Of a stretch of DNA of 64,000 nucleotides, positions 62,781 to 64,000 are shown piece after piece. Numbering within the stretch: position 1 is the first letter of the stretch; every line of letters begins with the position of its first letter. The stretch lies in NCBI GenBank assembly GCA_028534125.1, contig CM052843.1, forward strand, positions 1,612,001 through 1,676,000, in the 5' to 3' direction. Below the pieces are notes generated by a model. It made no database searches and was not told the origin of the DNA. It was given only the letters and a program-made list of their open reading frames with translations. A program made the position numbers and the translations under genes. This DNA is from Lama glama. Lineage: Eukaryota.

Positions 62781-64000
62781 CGTTTTGCTCTTTCTAGAGA
62801 CGATGAAAAGTCACCTGGGATCTATCAAATTAGGTAGTAGTTGATTTCTGGGACTAGAAAGTGCTTAGCTGCCCCTTACTTTATGGATAACAAGTGTATT
62901 CAAATGAGAAGAATAGCATTTCTGTGATTGTCTCAAGTTCCATTATCAACTCCTAGATTGTTGTAGCAGAGATGAGAAAATGTATGCACTTACGAACGAA
63001 TGGGGGTGGTGTGAGTTCATACTGCTTCTTTATAGCATCCTTATCCAGGTGTTTGTGAACACCTGTATGTCTTTCAAACTATGCTCATTGCCTGGACAAA
63101 AGGACAAGGCCATTTTACCAATCAAATTAAAGAAAAGGAGAGCTCCAAATATTTGCAGTCCCATGTTTGACAAAAGAAGCCAGAAATATTTTCCAGTTTG
63201 AATAGTATTCTGCTTTTAGGCTGGAGGGTGCTAAGTGGTGGTTATTTGAATGTAGAAAAGCAAAGACTGACTCTGAGGTAAGACCACAGTTATAAAGAAC
63301 TTGTATGATTTGCCTAAGAAGAGAATACATCTGTAGATAGAGAGACAAGCCCATGAGAAAGAGAAAACTAATAAAGGCAAAGGATATAATATAAGACATC
63401 AAAAAACAGCAAACGTCTGTACTTAGTCATATACAGTTTTTCCTAAGCTCAAAATAACTCATTAAGAACTAGTCTCTCCTTGATGGAATGCTGTCATCTT
63501 ATCCCCAGTCCATTTCCCAAAGGTTGGAAGGGAAGTCTAAGGTTACAATGTCATGAGCAGTTAAAGAGATCATTTATGCTCATCTTGCATGAAAATCATC
63601 ATTTGAAAATGATTTAAATTTTTATTAAAGCAATAGCGGGCTCTATGTACTTATGAAACTGTCTGGCTGCATTTTGCTGATAGTCACAAAGACAATGGTG
63701 AGAAATTCTAAACGTTCCATGCCGCGTTACCATTGCTCTCCAATTGTGCTTGTCTCCTTTCTCCGCACTGCTTTTGCATTTTTTGCTGTATCATTGTATT
63801 GTGAATTTTTTAAAGGAGAGACAATTCCCATAAACTTCAAGTCATATTTCGTCAAAGATTAGCACACCTTACTCTTCATTTGGACAACTGGGTGGCGGCG
63901 GGGGGGGAGGCTCCTGCAAAATTTCTTAAGTCATAAAGAAAGAGCAACTGGAAGAATGCAAAGAAACAAAAGTTCGATGGATGGAAATCAAATTTTTAAG

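Noticed and set aside
1-64000. CRISPR arrays, tRNA/rRNA/snRNA genes, prokaryotic operons or defence systems
   Set aside because: No repeat-spacer array, no recognisable structural RNA gene and no gene-dense coding; the window is mammalian intron, UTR and intergenic DNA.

Overview
Mammalian (eutherian) genomic DNA, AT-rich, with 12 N-runs. The + strand carries the 3' end of MMP16 (MT3-MMP): hemopexin exons at 2330-2480 and 11332-11447, and a terminal exon that is partly N-masked (linker and start of the TM helix visible at 17732-17839). A ~9.4 kb 3' UTR follows, with no interspersed repeat I can recognise, and probably ends near 27375. The rest is intergenic and repeat-rich: L2, MIR, a near-complete HAL1, a CR1/L3 remnant, an L1MA-type element holding a younger L1 and an unexplained ~700 bp insert, a decayed ERVL provirus (gag-pro-pol), MER21, MLT1 and ERV1 LTRs, and MER5-like, MER45B and MER82 DNA transposons. 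The young L1 tail and the absence of Alu, B1/B2, SINEC, PRE-1 and Bov-tA SINEs suggest a cetartiodactyl, possibly a camelid (inference). Repeat family names come from recalled consensus sequences and need RepeatMasker/Dfam confirmation. I found no support for a new protein-coding or prokaryote-type system. The best leads are: GT-initiated MMP16 exons that could be re-spliced, an age-inverted L2-bearing insert inside an L1, N-masking that appears to track conserved sequence, a MEIS/HOX motif cluster, and an unexplained ~78 bp dispersed repeat.
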